DNA from: Bacteroidota bacterium
Lineage (GTDB): Bacteria > Bacteroidota > Ignavibacteria > UBA10030 > UBA6906
Reading direction: 5' to 3'
Assembly: GCA_035687895.1 (NCBI GenBank)
Contig: DASRUE010000044.1
Location: forward strand, 3,555 to 67,554
Length of the DNA: 64,000 nucleotides
Below, in pieces: positions 15,399-26,300 of this stretch (positions are counted from its first letter, which is position 1; each line of letters opens with the position of its first letter). A program made the position numbers and the translations under genes. The notes under the pieces are model-generated. The model was not told the origin of the DNA and searched no databases. It was given only the letters and a program-made list of their open reading frames with translations.

Positions 15399-17216
15399 TT
15401 AACCGAAATTGACCGCGGAACCGGATTTCTCCGTTAGCACTTCAAAGATCACGCGGGTGATGAAAATCGCACTGAACATGCTGGCCACAATACCGATCAT
15501 CAGCGTGAGCGCAAAACCCTGCACCGGTCCGCTGCCGAACTGGAAGAGGATCACGCCGGTAATGAACGTCGTCAGGTTGGAATCGAAGATGGCGGTGAAG
15601 GCCTTGGCATACCCTGCATCGATGGCTGCCCTCATGGTCTTGCCGGTCGTGAGTTCCTCGCGGATGCGCTCATAAATCAGTACGTTCGCATCCACGGCCA
15701 CGGCGAGCGTCAGAATGATTCCTGCAATGCCCGGGAGTGTTAGCGTCCCCTTGAACTGTGCAAGAATGGCAAGCAGGAACAGCAAGCAGAAAACGACTGC
15801 AACGTCCGCCACCGCGCCACCTGTTCTATAGTAGATGAGCATGAACAGGATGGTGAGAACGGTCGCGATCAGCGCAGAATAAATGCCGCTTCGGATGGAA
15901 TCTTCTCCGAGCGAAGGTCCAACGCTCCGTTGCTCTACGATGTCGACCGGAGCTGGAAGAGCGCCGGCCTTGAGGACAATCTCCAGCAGACGGGCCTCTT
16001 CAATGTTGTCCATTCCCTCGATCTGGGAGTTTCCTCCGATAATTTTGTTCCGAACAACCGGAGCGGAAAACACCGCGTTATCCAGAACAATGGCAATCCG
16101 CTTGTTGATGTTGGCCCCTGTGATCCGCGCCCAATCCCGCGATCCTTCACTGCTCATCTCCATGGTGACGATGGGGAGATTGGTGTTCGGGTCAATGTTC
16201 GCACGGGCATTGACAATCACCCCGCCCGTCAGTTCCGCTGTCTTCTTTACCGGGTACAGGGTGTAAAATCGTGCGCCATCTTGTCCGACTGTCGGCTTAG
16301 CGCTCCAGGCAAATTCCATGTCCTTTGGAATTACTGCCCGAACGTCGTCGAGCTCAAGGAAGCGGCGAACTTTTTCCTTGTTGTCTTCCATAACAAAAGC
16401 CTCGCCCGACTGCTGGCTGATTCCGACAATGGCAAAGAAAGGGTGCTCTCGAGCAAGCTCTTCGGGGGTCTTCTGGTCTGCCGGTACGGTAGTGTCTGGC
16501 TTGGCGGCGGTGGAATCACCCATACTCGCAGCAAGTACCTTGTCGATGGATTCCATCACCTTGATAGCTACCTCAGGGTCGCGCAGAAGCCTGAACTCAA
16601 GAAGGGCTGTTCCCTGTAATAGTTGGCGAACCTCGGCCTCCTTGGTGACACCGGGGAGCTCCACAATAATGCGCGTTCCGCCCAACTTCTGGATTGACGG
16701 CTCGGAGACACCGTATTGGTCCACACGGTTGCGGACAATTTCCATGCCTCGGTCGATAGCCTTCACGGCCTCATCTTCGAGATTCTGGAAGATTTTCTCA
16801 TCGTCATCACGCAAGCTTCCGTAATATCTGCTTAAGCGGATCCCCCTTGCCTCGAACTTGCGCCGGAGCAGCAATACAGATGATTCCTCCGATCGCCCCG
16901 CTTCTTCCCGCACCTGGGCGATGAGCTCGGTGAAGACGTTGTCCTTGTTCTTTGCGAGATCCTCCAGCAGTTTCAATACATTCACTTCGAGCACGACACG
17001 CATGCCACCCTGAAGGTCGAGCCCGAGTTTGATTCGCTTCTGACGATACTCGCGGAGATCATTCTCATTCTTCGCCACAAACGCGAGACTGTCGGCGCCG
17101 TGGAGTTGCTCGAGTGTGTTGTGCAGCTGGTAGTCCATGTACGTCGGATACAGGAAGTACAGCGAGACTAGCACCGCAGCAACAATGAGAATGATCTTGC
17201 TTCGATTCTTTCGCAC
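15399..17216 (-). CDS. secD: protein translocase subunit SecD
   Basis: It has the motifs LGLDLQGG and VDANVLIYERIREE. A GTG start at 17216 has GGAGG 6 nt upstream. The longer ORF reaches 17267. Confidence 0.9.
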   Translation of the reverse strand: MRKNRSKIILIVAAVLVSLYFLYPTYMDYQLHNTLEQLHGADSLAFVAKNENDLREYRQKRIKLGLDLQGGMRVVLEVNVLKLLEDLAKNKDNVFTELIAQVREEAGRSEESSVLLLRRKFEARGIRLSRYYGSLRDDDEKIFQNLEDEAVKAIDRGMEIVRNRVDQYGVSEPSIQKLGGTRIIVELPGVTKEAEVRQLLQGTALLEFRLLRDPEVAIKVMESIDKVLAASMGDSTAAKPDTTVPADQKTPEELAREHPFFAIVGISQQSGEAFVMEDNKEKVRRFLELDDVRAVIPKDMEFAWSAKPTVGQDGARFYTLYPVKKTAELTGGVIVNARANIDPNTNLPIVTMEMSSEGSRDWARITGANINKRIAIVLDNAVFSAPVVRNKIIGGNSQIEGMDNIEEARLLEIVLKAGALPAPVDIVEQRSVGPSLGEDSIRSGIYSALIATVLTILFMLIYYRTGGAVADVAVVFCLLFLLAILAQFKGTLTLPGIAGIILTLAVAVDANVLIYERIREELTTGKTMRAAIDAGYAKAFTAIFDSNLTTFITGVILFQFGSGPVQGFALTLMIGIVASMFSAIFITRVIFEVLTEKSGSAVNFG

Positions 17217-17408
17217 TACAAACCTCCAGGGTAAAAAACGAACGGGAACAGAGTGAATGGAAGGCAAAGTCTGGTAAAATTAGCTTACAAATATAAACCA
17301 AGGTCTGGCAAAAGTCAATAAAAAACATTGCATTTGCTGGGTGTTTCATTTATATTTCTTTCGTTTCATACCTGATGTCATCACCCCCTTTGGAGGTTTT
17401 TTCATCGT

Positions 17409-19544
17409 ATGCCTATCATGACCCGCATGCGCGACAGCATGCCTGTGATTCTCTTCGGACTTCTGATCGCGTTCCTGATTACCATTATCTTTGAGTGGGG
17501 CATGGACTACATGGGCCTCAGTGCGGGCCGGACAGACGCGGTTGGTGAGGTGAACGGGAAGAAGATCAGCTATCAGGAGTTCTCAGAGGTTCTCCGTCAG
17601 TACAGCGACAACCAGAAAGCACAAACGGGCGTCGAGCCCGATGAAACACAGGTGAAGCAAATGCGCGAGCAGGTGTGGCAGAGTTTGGTGACACAGCATT
17701 TGGTGTCTGAAGAGATCGCCCGGCTCGGAATTACCGTTACCGACCAGGAGCTGCGGGACTGGGTGCGGGGCGACAATCCACCGGACGATCTCAAGCGAAA
17801 TTTTGTCGACTCGACGGGTCAGTTCCGCAAAGATCTTTACGATCAGTTTCTCGACAACCCGAATCAGTTCATTCAGGATCCTCAGGGTGCCGACGCAACT
17901 TATGGATCCAAGTGGCTTGTTGACTACGAGAAAAACCTCCGCCAGCGCCGCTTGCAGGAAAAACTTCTCAGTGTCTTGCTCGCCTCGGTTCGCGTGGGTG
18001 AGGGAGAACTCCAGCGCCGCTTCGCCGACCAGAGCCAGCAGTATGACGTACTCTATGCCCTTTTTGACGCGGCCCTGCTCGTGAAGGACGAAGAAGCGAC
18101 GGTCACGGATGGCGATCTCAAAAGTTATTATGAAGAGAATCTCGATCAGTACAAAGTTGAAGCGAACCGCAAGTTGAAGTACGTACAGTTTATGGAAATG
18201 GCTTCGACAACGGATACAGCGGAGGTCCGGAAGAGTATTGAGGACGCAGCCGACAGGGCGCGCAAAGGAATGGATTTTATTGAACTTACGTACACCTACG
18301 CGGAGAAAGCGGACAGCGGGACGTTCTTCCGGCATGGCGAGATGGCCCCAGGCTTGGAAACAGCTGTGTTCTCGGCAAAAGTTGGTGATGTGATTGGTCC
18401 GGTGTTGGAGAACGACGGGTTTCATTTGATGAAAGTTCTCGGTGAGCGGAAGGGCGACAAGGAGTATGTGCATGCGAGCCACATTCTGTTCCAATTGGAA
18501 GGGGAGAAGGATTCCAATGCGATCAAGGCGATGGCGCAAACCGTTGCACGGGATGCGAAATCCGGAAAGGACTTTGCTCAACTCGCCCGCCAATATTCCA
18601 AAGATCCCGGGTCAGGTCAGCGCGGTGGCGATCTCGGATGGTTCACCCGCGGGAGAATGGTGAAATCGTTCGAGGATGCCATCTATCACTTGAAGCCCGG
18701 AGAGATCACAGGCCCTGTTCGGACACAATTCGGTCTCCACATCATTAAGCTGCATGGTCGGGATTCACGCGAGCTGAAAATCTCCAGTATCGTTCTGCCC
18801 ATCACCCCCAGTTCCCAAACGAAGAATGATGTATTTGAGCTTGCACGCGACTTTGCGTTTCGGGCGAAGGAGGCTGATTTCGTAAAAGAAGCGCAGGGAA
18901 ATGGCTTTGACGTGAAGGAAACACAGGTACAGGAGAAGGGCGGCTTCGTACCCGGCATCGGGATCAATGAGAGTATCACGCGCTGGGCTTTCAAAAGCGG
19001 CGTCGGTTCTGTGGGCGAGCCGTTTTCGATCCCGAATGGCTATGCGGTGTTCACAGTAGTGGAGGCGAAAGATGCCGGTATCCGTCCGCTTGACGAGCTG
19101 AAGGAAACCATCCGACCGCTCGCGTTGCGGAAAAAGAAGATCGAGAGAGTAAAAGAGATGGCTGCGGAACTCAAGGCAAAGCTCACCCCTTCCGACAGCC
19201 TGACGAAAGTCTCCGAACTCAACGGTGCCATCAAGGTGCAACGGACTGGACTGTTCACACTTGGCGGAACGGTGCCCGGAGTGGGTCGGGACATGAATTT
19301 CATGGGCGCCGTCTCCGGACTGAAAATTGGAAAAATCTCCCCTGCCGTGCAAAGCCTCCGCGGTGCATATTTGATCCAGCTCATTACCCAGGCACCATTT
19401 GATTCAGCCGCATATGGGATGCAGAGAGAAACGTTGCGCGCGCAGCTTCTGCAAGAAAAACGTAACAAGTTTCAGACTGATTGGCTCGCAAAGTTGAAAG
19501 AGGATGCGGAAATCGAAGACAACCGAGACACGTTCTTCCGGTAA
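17409..19544 (+). CDS. ppiD: periplasmic chaperone / peptidyl-prolyl isomerase, PpiD-like
   Basis: It has an N-terminal membrane anchor, a SurA-N-like region and a parvulin domain (HASHILF...GGDLGWFTRGRMVKSFEDA). Confidence 0.75.
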   Translation: MPIMTRMRDSMPVILFGLLIAFLITIIFEWGMDYMGLSAGRTDAVGEVNGKKISYQEFSEVLRQYSDNQKAQTGVEPDETQVKQMREQVWQSLVTQHLVSEEIARLGITVTDQELRDWVRGDNPPDDLKRNFVDSTGQFRKDLYDQFLDNPNQFIQDPQGADATYGSKWLVDYEKNLRQRRLQEKLLSVLLASVRVGEGELQRRFADQSQQYDVLYALFDAALLVKDEEATVTDGDLKSYYEENLDQYKVEANRKLKYVQFMEMASTTDTAEVRKSIEDAADRARKGMDFIELTYTYAEKADSGTFFRHGEMAPGLETAVFSAKVGDVIGPVLENDGFHLMKVLGERKGDKEYVHASHILFQLEGEKDSNAIKAMAQTVARDAKSGKDFAQLARQYSKDPGSGQRGGDLGWFTRGRMVKSFEDAIYHLKPGEITGPVRTQFGLHIIKLHGRDSRELKISSIVLPITPSSQTKNDVFELARDFAFRAKEADFVKEAQGNGFDVKETQVQEKGGFVPGIGINESITRWAFKSGVGSVGEPFSIPNGYAVFTVVEAKDAGIRPLDELKETIRPLALRKKKIERVKEMAAELKAKLTPSDSLTKVSELNGAIKVQRTGLFTLGGTVPGVGRDMNFMGAVSGLKIGKISPAVQSLRGAYLIQLITQAPFDSAAYGMQRETLRAQLLQEKRNKFQTDWLAKLKEDAEIEDNRDTFFR

Positions 19545-19567
19545 GGTTCACATGCATGAGGTGGGAT

Positions 19568-20284
19568 ATGGCGGCCAGAAAACTTTCATCAATGCTGGTC
19601 CTTTGCGTGGTGTGTGGGTTGGGCACACAGTCTCTCCGTGCCGAGGAACGTCTGTTTTCAATTGGGCTCAAGGGAAACTTCACCACCGGCTCCCAGTTGT
19701 TCCCCACTCCAAATTCAACAGATCCATTCCAACGAAGCCAGTTTTTTTCCATAGAGGACTTTTTCGGAACGAGCGTAGAGCTGAAGTATTCCTTTCCGGA
19801 ATCCAACCTCGCGATCGGTTTATCCGCTGACTATATCCGAACGACCGCATCACAAAGCCTCCGTATCTCCAGCACGCAGTCTATCCCCGTTGACGATGGT
19901 TACCGTGTCATCCCGGTGGAACTGACCGGCTATTTTCAGATCCCGGTCTCGGGCCCGACGTTTGGCGTGTACATGGGTGGCGGTGGCGGTGTTTACTTTG
20001 GCAGGCGGATATACCGTATCGGTGGAGTCGAGGCGCCAGCAATTGATGAAGGACATGGTTTCGGGATCCACGTATTGGGCGGGCTCAGTTACCAGTTCAC
20101 CGAGTGGTTCGCGCTGAACGCCGAAATGAAATTCCGCGACCTCCAATTTGAATCGACCAATAGGTTTTCTTCCTCCCAGATCATCTACAACGGTACGATC
20201 ATCAGGGTGAGTGATGCCCCGTTCGCTTCCCGAGTCCACACCGACGGCATTGTCTTCCAGATCGGAACAGTCTTTCGGTTCTGA
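19568..20284 (+). CDS. outer-membrane beta-barrel protein
   Basis: It has a signal peptide (MAARKLSSMLVLCVVCGLGTQSLRA), beta-strand periodicity and a C-terminal VFRF. The GAGGTGG RBS favours the ATG at 19568. Confidence 0.65.
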   Translation: MAARKLSSMLVLCVVCGLGTQSLRAEERLFSIGLKGNFTTGSQLFPTPNSTDPFQRSQFFSIEDFFGTSVELKYSFPESNLAIGLSADYIRTTASQSLRISSTQSIPVDDGYRVIPVELTGYFQIPVSGPTFGVYMGGGGGVYFGRRIYRIGGVEAPAIDEGHGFGIHVLGGLSYQFTEWFALNAEMKFRDLQFESTNRFSSSQIIYNGTIIRVSDAPFASRVHTDGIVFQIGTVFRF

Positions 20285-20298
20285 GATCGTATCCTTCC

Positions 20299-21063
20299 AT
20301 GAACATCCCAGAGTTACACACCCCTCTGTCGAAGCCTGTTCACAGTGCGGACGTTCCAGTGCTTACCTCCGTGCAGGTCCTTGCCGAAATCTCTTCCGGA
20401 TATGACGTCGTGGAGAGGAACATCTCCCTCGGGACTACCGCCATTCCGCTTTTATGTGTGCGCGACAGCAATCGGCTTGTGGATGCAATTGATCCGGCCA
20501 CGTTTACACATGACGAGCGATTGCCGTACTGGGCTGATCTCTGGGCGTCATCGATTGGGCTGGCAGGATGGTGTCTGGAAAGCAATATGTTGTCCGGTAA
20601 GAAAATCCTGGAACTCGGAAGCGGCCTGGGTCTTGCAGGCATCGCGGCCGCCCTCGTTGGTGCCGACGTGGAACTTACAGATTATGAACCAGACGCGCTT
20701 CTATTTGCGCGGTACAACGCTATGCGCAACCTTCCACCGGACGTACTCACCCGGCGGGTGAGATTTCAACAACTGGATTGGCGCACGCCGGGGGACCTTG
20801 AGAAAGTGGACCTCGTTATTGCCGCTGATGTCGCTTATGAGCGCCGCAATTTTTCTCCCTTACTCTCTTTGATCGGGCAGGTGGTTGATCCCGGCGGTGT
20901 TGCGATCTTTGCTGATCCTGATCGGTCGATCGGGAGGGAATTCCTGGTCATTGCGCGACAGCAATACGACGTGACGACGCAGACGCGCACGGCGACACTG
21001 AATGGCATCACCAGCACCATCGTGCTGGCGGAAATTCGTCTACCCATAGTTAGTCACACATGA
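20299..21063 (+). CDS. class I SAM-dependent methyltransferase (protein-lysine MTase, Methyltransf_16-like)
   Basis: ILELGSGLGLAGIAAA...VELTDYEP...ADVAYE. Confidence 0.65.
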   Translation: MNIPELHTPLSKPVHSADVPVLTSVQVLAEISSGYDVVERNISLGTTAIPLLCVRDSNRLVDAIDPATFTHDERLPYWADLWASSIGLAGWCLESNMLSGKKILELGSGLGLAGIAAALVGADVELTDYEPDALLFARYNAMRNLPPDVLTRRVRFQQLDWRTPGDLEKVDLVIAADVAYERRNFSPLLSLIGQVVDPGGVAIFADPDRSIGREFLVIARQQYDVTTQTRTATLNGITSTIVLAEIRLPIVSHT

Positions 21064-21620
21064 TTGACCAGCATCCCGCGAGAAAAGAACGCGTGTATCT
21101 CACGGGTTTCATGGGGAGCGGGAAAAGTACCATCGGACCAATCCTTGCCAATACCATCGGCTATGACTTTATAGATGTAGACCGGTCAGTTGAGACCTCG
21201 ATGGGGAAAACCGTAAACCAAATCTTCCGCGAACACGGAGAAGAGCACTTCCGTGTCCTCGAACGGACATTGATCGCACAGATGTCTACCAGACCGCACA
21301 TCGTTGTGTCGCTCGGTGGGGGGACAATTGCCGACCCGGAAAACTTCGGCGTCATCAGGGCGACCGGAATTCTGGTCTATCTGAAAACAACACCTGAGCA
21401 ACTTTTTAGGCGACTCCACCACAAGTCCGACCGACCGGTTCTTCGGACGGAAGAGGGTGAACAATTGCCGGAGGGAGAGCTTCGCGCTCGCATCCTGGAT
21501 TTGTACAAGCGACGCGAACCTTTGTATGCCAAAGCAGACATTGTTGTCCACACCGACGAGGTGAAAGTTGGGAAGACGGTAGACCTGATTGTACGAAAGC
21601 TGTCTCATTTCATCGAGTGA
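21060..21620 (+). CDS. aroK: shikimate kinase
   Basis: It has the P-loop GFMGSGKSTIG, the LGGG motif and the expected size. Its ATGA start overlaps the upstream gene. Confidence 0.9.
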   Translation: MIDQHPARKERVYLTGFMGSGKSTIGPILANTIGYDFIDVDRSVETSMGKTVNQIFREHGEEHFRVLERTLIAQMSTRPHIVVSLGGGTIADPENFGVIRATGILVYLKTTPEQLFRRLHHKSDRPVLRTEEGEQLPEGELRARILDLYKRREPLYAKADIVVHTDEVKVGKTVDLIVRKLSHFIE

Positions 21621-21821
21621 CGGATATTTGGCGCACTCCGTCCACCGAAGGTCCATTTCTGATTGTCTTTCTTCACAGCGCGCGGTAAGGAAGCCCGTCG
21701 AGACTTCCCCGGGTTCACTCGAATTCGGACGCTACTCATCCCTCCAACTCCTTGCATCTCCAGCAGTTAATAGGTATATTTCCTTACAATTCTCTTTGTC
21801 TTTCATTCAGCACGAAGCGCT

Positions 21822-22835
21822 GTGGTACAATTCACTGAGCAACGGATCGAGGAACTCCTCAAGAGTTTTGTTGGTAAAAGAATCGCGGTCGTTGGGGACC
21901 TGATGGTTGATCGGTACTATTGGGGGACGGTAAATCGGGTCTCGCCGGAAGCGCCAGTACCCGTGGTTGACGTCCTCTCGGAATCCGTCCGGCTCGGTGG
22001 CGCGGCCAACGTGGCAAGTAACATCCAGGCGCTGGGTGGTGAGCCTGTTCTCGTCGGGCTTGTGGGCGACGATCATCCCGGGAGTCTCTTCTATCGAATC
22101 CTCAAGGAGCAGAACCTCAGTTCCGATGGGGTCGTCAAAGACCCCGATCGTCCGACTACGATCAAGACCAGGGTGATTGCCAACGGCCAGCATGTGGTTC
22201 GCATCGATAACGAATCGAAAGGCGACTGTCCGGAACAGCTCGAGCACCGGATCATCGACGCCGTCAAGTACAACATTCAGAAGATCGACGGCATGGTGAT
22301 CGAGGATTATAACAAAGGAGTGATCACGAAAAACGTCATTGCCGAGCTTATCGCCGTGGCAAGGAAGTACAACAAAATCATCACTGTTGACCCGAAGTTC
22401 AATAATTTCTTCGAGTTCAAGAATGTGACCGTTTTCAAGCCGAACAGGAAAGAGACCGAGGAGGTGATTGGTCGGAGGCTCCAGACTGTTGAGGATGTAA
22501 CAAAGGCGGGGAAGCGACTACAACAGGAGCTTGCAGCGGAAAACGTTTTGCTCACCCGTGGCGAGGATGGAATGTCGCTGTTCGAATCGTCGGGCGACAT
22601 TAGCCATATTCCTTCATCAGCTGAGAATGTCCAGGATGTCTCCGGTGCGGGCGACACAGTGATTTCTACACTTACCATCGCTCTTGCGAGCGGAGCAAGT
22701 ATCCGTGAAGCGTCCACTCTGGCCAATTGTGCTGGCGGTGTCGTGGTGGGGTCGGTGGGTATCGTACCGATCTTGCCGGACAAGCTGAAAGCAAGTACGC
22801 TCCACTTCTCGGGTAACAAGAGGGGCCGCATATAA
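21822..22835 (+). CDS. hldA: D-glycero-beta-D-manno-heptose-7-phosphate kinase (RfaE domain I, PfkB family)
   Basis: VGDLMVDRY...GGAANVA...DVSGAGDT, and it is paired with the adenylyltransferase gene. GTG start. Confidence 0.8.
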   Translation: MVQFTEQRIEELLKSFVGKRIAVVGDLMVDRYYWGTVNRVSPEAPVPVVDVLSESVRLGGAANVASNIQALGGEPVLVGLVGDDHPGSLFYRILKEQNLSSDGVVKDPDRPTTIKTRVIANGQHVVRIDNESKGDCPEQLEHRIIDAVKYNIQKIDGMVIEDYNKGVITKNVIAELIAVARKYNKIITVDPKFNNFFEFKNVTVFKPNRKETEEVIGRRLQTVEDVTKAGKRLQQELAAENVLLTRGEDGMSLFESSGDISHIPSSAENVQDVSGAGDTVISTLTIALASGASIREASTLANCAGGVVVGSVGIVPILPDKLKASTLHFSGNKRGRI

Positions 22836-23341
22836 TGGGGAAGGTGCTGAGCCTCAACGCACTTGTCAACGTCCGGCGGAAACTGCGCAGGCTTGGACGG
22901 AAAGTGGTTTTCACCAACGGGACATTTGACATTATTCACCGGGGGCACGTGGAGTACCTGACGAAGGCCAAGCAACTTGGCGAAGTGCTGATCGTAGGGT
23001 TGAACACGGATTCATCCATCCGTCGCATCAAAGGGAATGGAAGACCGATTAACAAGAATGCAGATCGTGGAGCGGTACTAGCCGCACTAGAACCCGTGGA
23101 TTATATCTGCTTCTTTGATGACGACACGCCGGCGCGGATCATCGACCGGCTGGTACCGGATGTGCTGGTGAAGGGGGCAGACTGGAAGATTGGTGAAATC
23201 GTTGGGAGGGAGACCGTCGAGCAGCATGGGGGAAAGGTCCGGACGATTCGATTAACCCCGGGGAGCTCCACCTCAAATGTCATCAAACGAGTGTTGCGGG
23301 CGTACGGCGGCGCTTCCCTTCGCAAGAGCCATAGCCGCTGA
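22835..23341 (+). CDS. hldC: D-glycero-beta-D-manno-heptose-1-phosphate adenylyltransferase (RfaE domain II)
   Basis: It has the cytidylyltransferase HxGH motif FTNGTFDIIHRGHVEYL. Confidence 0.85.
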   Translation: MGKVLSLNALVNVRRKLRRLGRKVVFTNGTFDIIHRGHVEYLTKAKQLGEVLIVGLNTDSSIRRIKGNGRPINKNADRGAVLAALEPVDYICFFDDDTPARIIDRLVPDVLVKGADWKIGEIVGRETVEQHGGKVRTIRLTPGSSTSNVIKRVLRAYGGASLRKSHSR

Positions 23342-23361
23342 CGGGTCATCCTTGGTGCAGA

Positions 23362-26300
23362 GTGAAAACTGTGAAGAAGATTCTCAAACGCATATTCTAC
23401 GTCCTTGTCGGCGTCTTCATCTTCCTGCTCCTCCTGGCAGGTTTCACACAGACGCAATTTTTCCGTGACCGCCTCCGTGCTGTAGTTCTTTCCAATCTGG
23501 ACTCCCTTCTAATTGCTGAAATAGAGCTTGGCGAATTCGACGGCAATCTTGTCACCGGCTTTTCAGTGGACCACCTCTCACTCAAAGTTGGCAATGATTA
23601 TCTCCTTGTTGCGACCCGCCTCGACGTGAGGTACGACCTCTTCCAGATCCCCGGCAACACCATCTCTATCGACAACTTCACTCTGGTGGAACCTGCGATT
23701 GCCTTGGTCCGCGGCCGCGATGGTCTCTGGAATTTTGAACGAATGATTCGTCCGACATCGGAGGACACGTCGGCGCCGGCGCCTTTCCAGTGGCTCATTT
23801 TTCTGAACAAACTGGAAATCCAGGACGGAACGATCCTCCTGGTGGATTCGGCCGCGCTTGGAGACCCCGACCATAGACGCGATAATCCGTACTATGTTGA
23901 GTATCATGATGTGACGTTGAAGCAGTTCCATTTGGTTACCTCTCTCGCTATTACGAAGAATGAAAAACGGGCGGAGATCAAGACACTCTCATTCCGTTCC
24001 AACACTCCCGATATTACGCTTGAGAGCCTCGCGGGTGTCTTCAGCGTTCGTCGTGATGGAGCGGTCGTGAAAAACATGGTTCTCAAGACCGGCCGCTCTC
24101 AACTTATGCTCAATGCTGAAATGGAAGGAGTGGATCTGTTCGGTGGTGTTGACCTCGAGCAACTGAAGTCTAACCCAGTCGAACTCTCTCTCAGGTCCGA
24201 GAGGCTCGACCTGAACGAGTTGAAGCGCTTCATCCCTGAACTTGAATTTCTGAGCAGCACCATTGCGCTTGACCTTCAGGCCGAAGGAGAGTTTGGTGAG
24301 TTGAGGGTAAAGAAGCTGAACCTCGCAGTGGGGAAGACAAATCTCACGACCAGCGGAACAGTGTATAACCTCCATACGCCAGGGGATCTTTACCTTGACG
24401 TGAAGTTCACTGAGAGCAGACTCTACGGCCCGGATGTGCAGACACTTCTCCCGACGTTTGATCTCCCTGATTTCACAAAGCTGGGAGTCACAACACTGAA
24501 TCTTGAATACCTTGGCGCACCGCTCAATTTTCATACGAAGTTCTTGCTGGAAACCGACGCTGGCAATGTTCATGCAGACGCGTCCCTTCTCGTCGGGGGA
24601 CCTGCAACGCTGAAGTACAAAGGCGAGGTACATGGAGCGTCGGTCGATCTCGCGAAGGTGTTGGGTGATCCGGCACTGGCCAGCAATGTGTATGCAACGG
24701 CGCAGATCGAAGGAGAAGGAACTTCGCTGGATGACTTGCGGACGACGTTGAAATTGCAAATCGATTCCTCGGCTGTCGCCGGGAGACGTGTGACATTGTC
24801 ACAGTTCCTCGTGGAAGCCGCAGATCGGAAGATCAACGTCACTGGTTTTGCCGAAGCCGGCCCGATGAGGATGGTCCTCACTGGAGAGCTCGACGAACGG
24901 AGGCCACTGCACCCCGCGTTTTCATTCACGGCGAATATTTCATCCCTGAACCTGGACGACGTGTTCCTCGACCAGAACCACACCAGTGCCCTGACAATGG
25001 ACATCACTGCGGAAGGGACGGGTCTTTCGTGGGACAATCTTAACGCCGATTTTCGGATCGACTTCTCACCATCGCGGTATCGCGACTACCAGATTACGGA
25101 GAGCAGGTTCCATCTTCTTGTTGATCAGAGAGATCCGAAAAAGAAGGAGCTGAAGCTTGAGTCCACCGTGGCCGACTTTTCATTGACGGGCACATTCGAC
25201 ACGAAGTACATGGCGGGCCTGATCTCGTTCGAGCTGCAGAACCTCAGAGGGGCGATCGGGGAGAAATTCGCCTCCCTGGATTCATCGATTGCTTCCTCGG
25301 TTGACCGGGATGCGCTGGCCGCTTTGGGAAAGGAGCTTGCGCACGCAGGCAAGCAGTTGGATGCAGCGTTCTCGCTCCACCTCAAAAACCTGGAGCCAAT
25401 CTCCAACGTGACAGGCAACCGGACATTCAACGGCGTCGGTCTCTTGACTGGATCGATCAATGGGAATTATGATGAGGTTGATGTGCATGGGGAGTTGAAG
25501 ATTGACGATTTCTTCTATGGGAATGCCGATTCTGGATTGCTGATCCAGAATGGAGCAGCTTCTCTGACTGTCAATACCCTCAAACCAACTGATCCGTTGA
25601 AGGATGTCGAAATCCGGATTGCTGCGGATGTTGAACGGGTGCATGTCAACCGGAGCGAACTGGACAGCCTCCGTCTGACATTCACGTACCAGCAGGAATA
25701 CTCAAGCTACGCCGGGCGAGCACAGTTCAATCGTGACACACGGGCAATCCTCTCGGGCTTTTCCACGATTGTAGATGATCAGCTGGTGTTCACACTGAAT
25801 GATTTCCAGTTTGCATACAAGAACTTTGGCTGGCGGGCAGATGGCGGAGCCTCTGCCGGGTTCGGAACACGGGGTATCGACATCAAGGGCCTTGTCATGC
25901 GCCGCGATACACAGTCTGTGAGCCTGGCATGTCATATCGGCTCAGGAGATGAGCTCGCGGCAACCGTGTCGGCAACCGCTGTTGATCTCGATAACCTGAA
26001 GTTTCTAATCGCGGAAGAACAGGGAGGAGCCCGTCGCAAGGCGTTTGCGGGGGTTGGCAATTTCACACTGCAGGCCAGGGGAACGTTGGAAAACCCGGAG
26101 TATACAGCATCGTTACGAGCACGCGATGTATCCTTCCGCGGAATTCCCTTCGGAGAGATCGTCGGGGACTTCACGTACGGCCATGAAGTCCTCGGCACCG
26201 ATCTTCGCATCAAAGAACAGACCTCCGATGCGCAAGGTCGTGCTCTTCTCACGGTCAAGGGAACGCTGCCGGTGAACTTCGCCCTGAAAGGACCGTCCGG

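Noticed and set aside
17583-18593. 336-aa ORF antisense to the ppiD-like gene
   Set aside because: It is a shadow ORF. The sense frame has parvulin/SurA-N motifs and the antisense product has none.
23989-24759. 256-aa ORF antisense to tamB
   Set aside because: It is a shadow ORF inside a 1525-aa continuous sense ORF.
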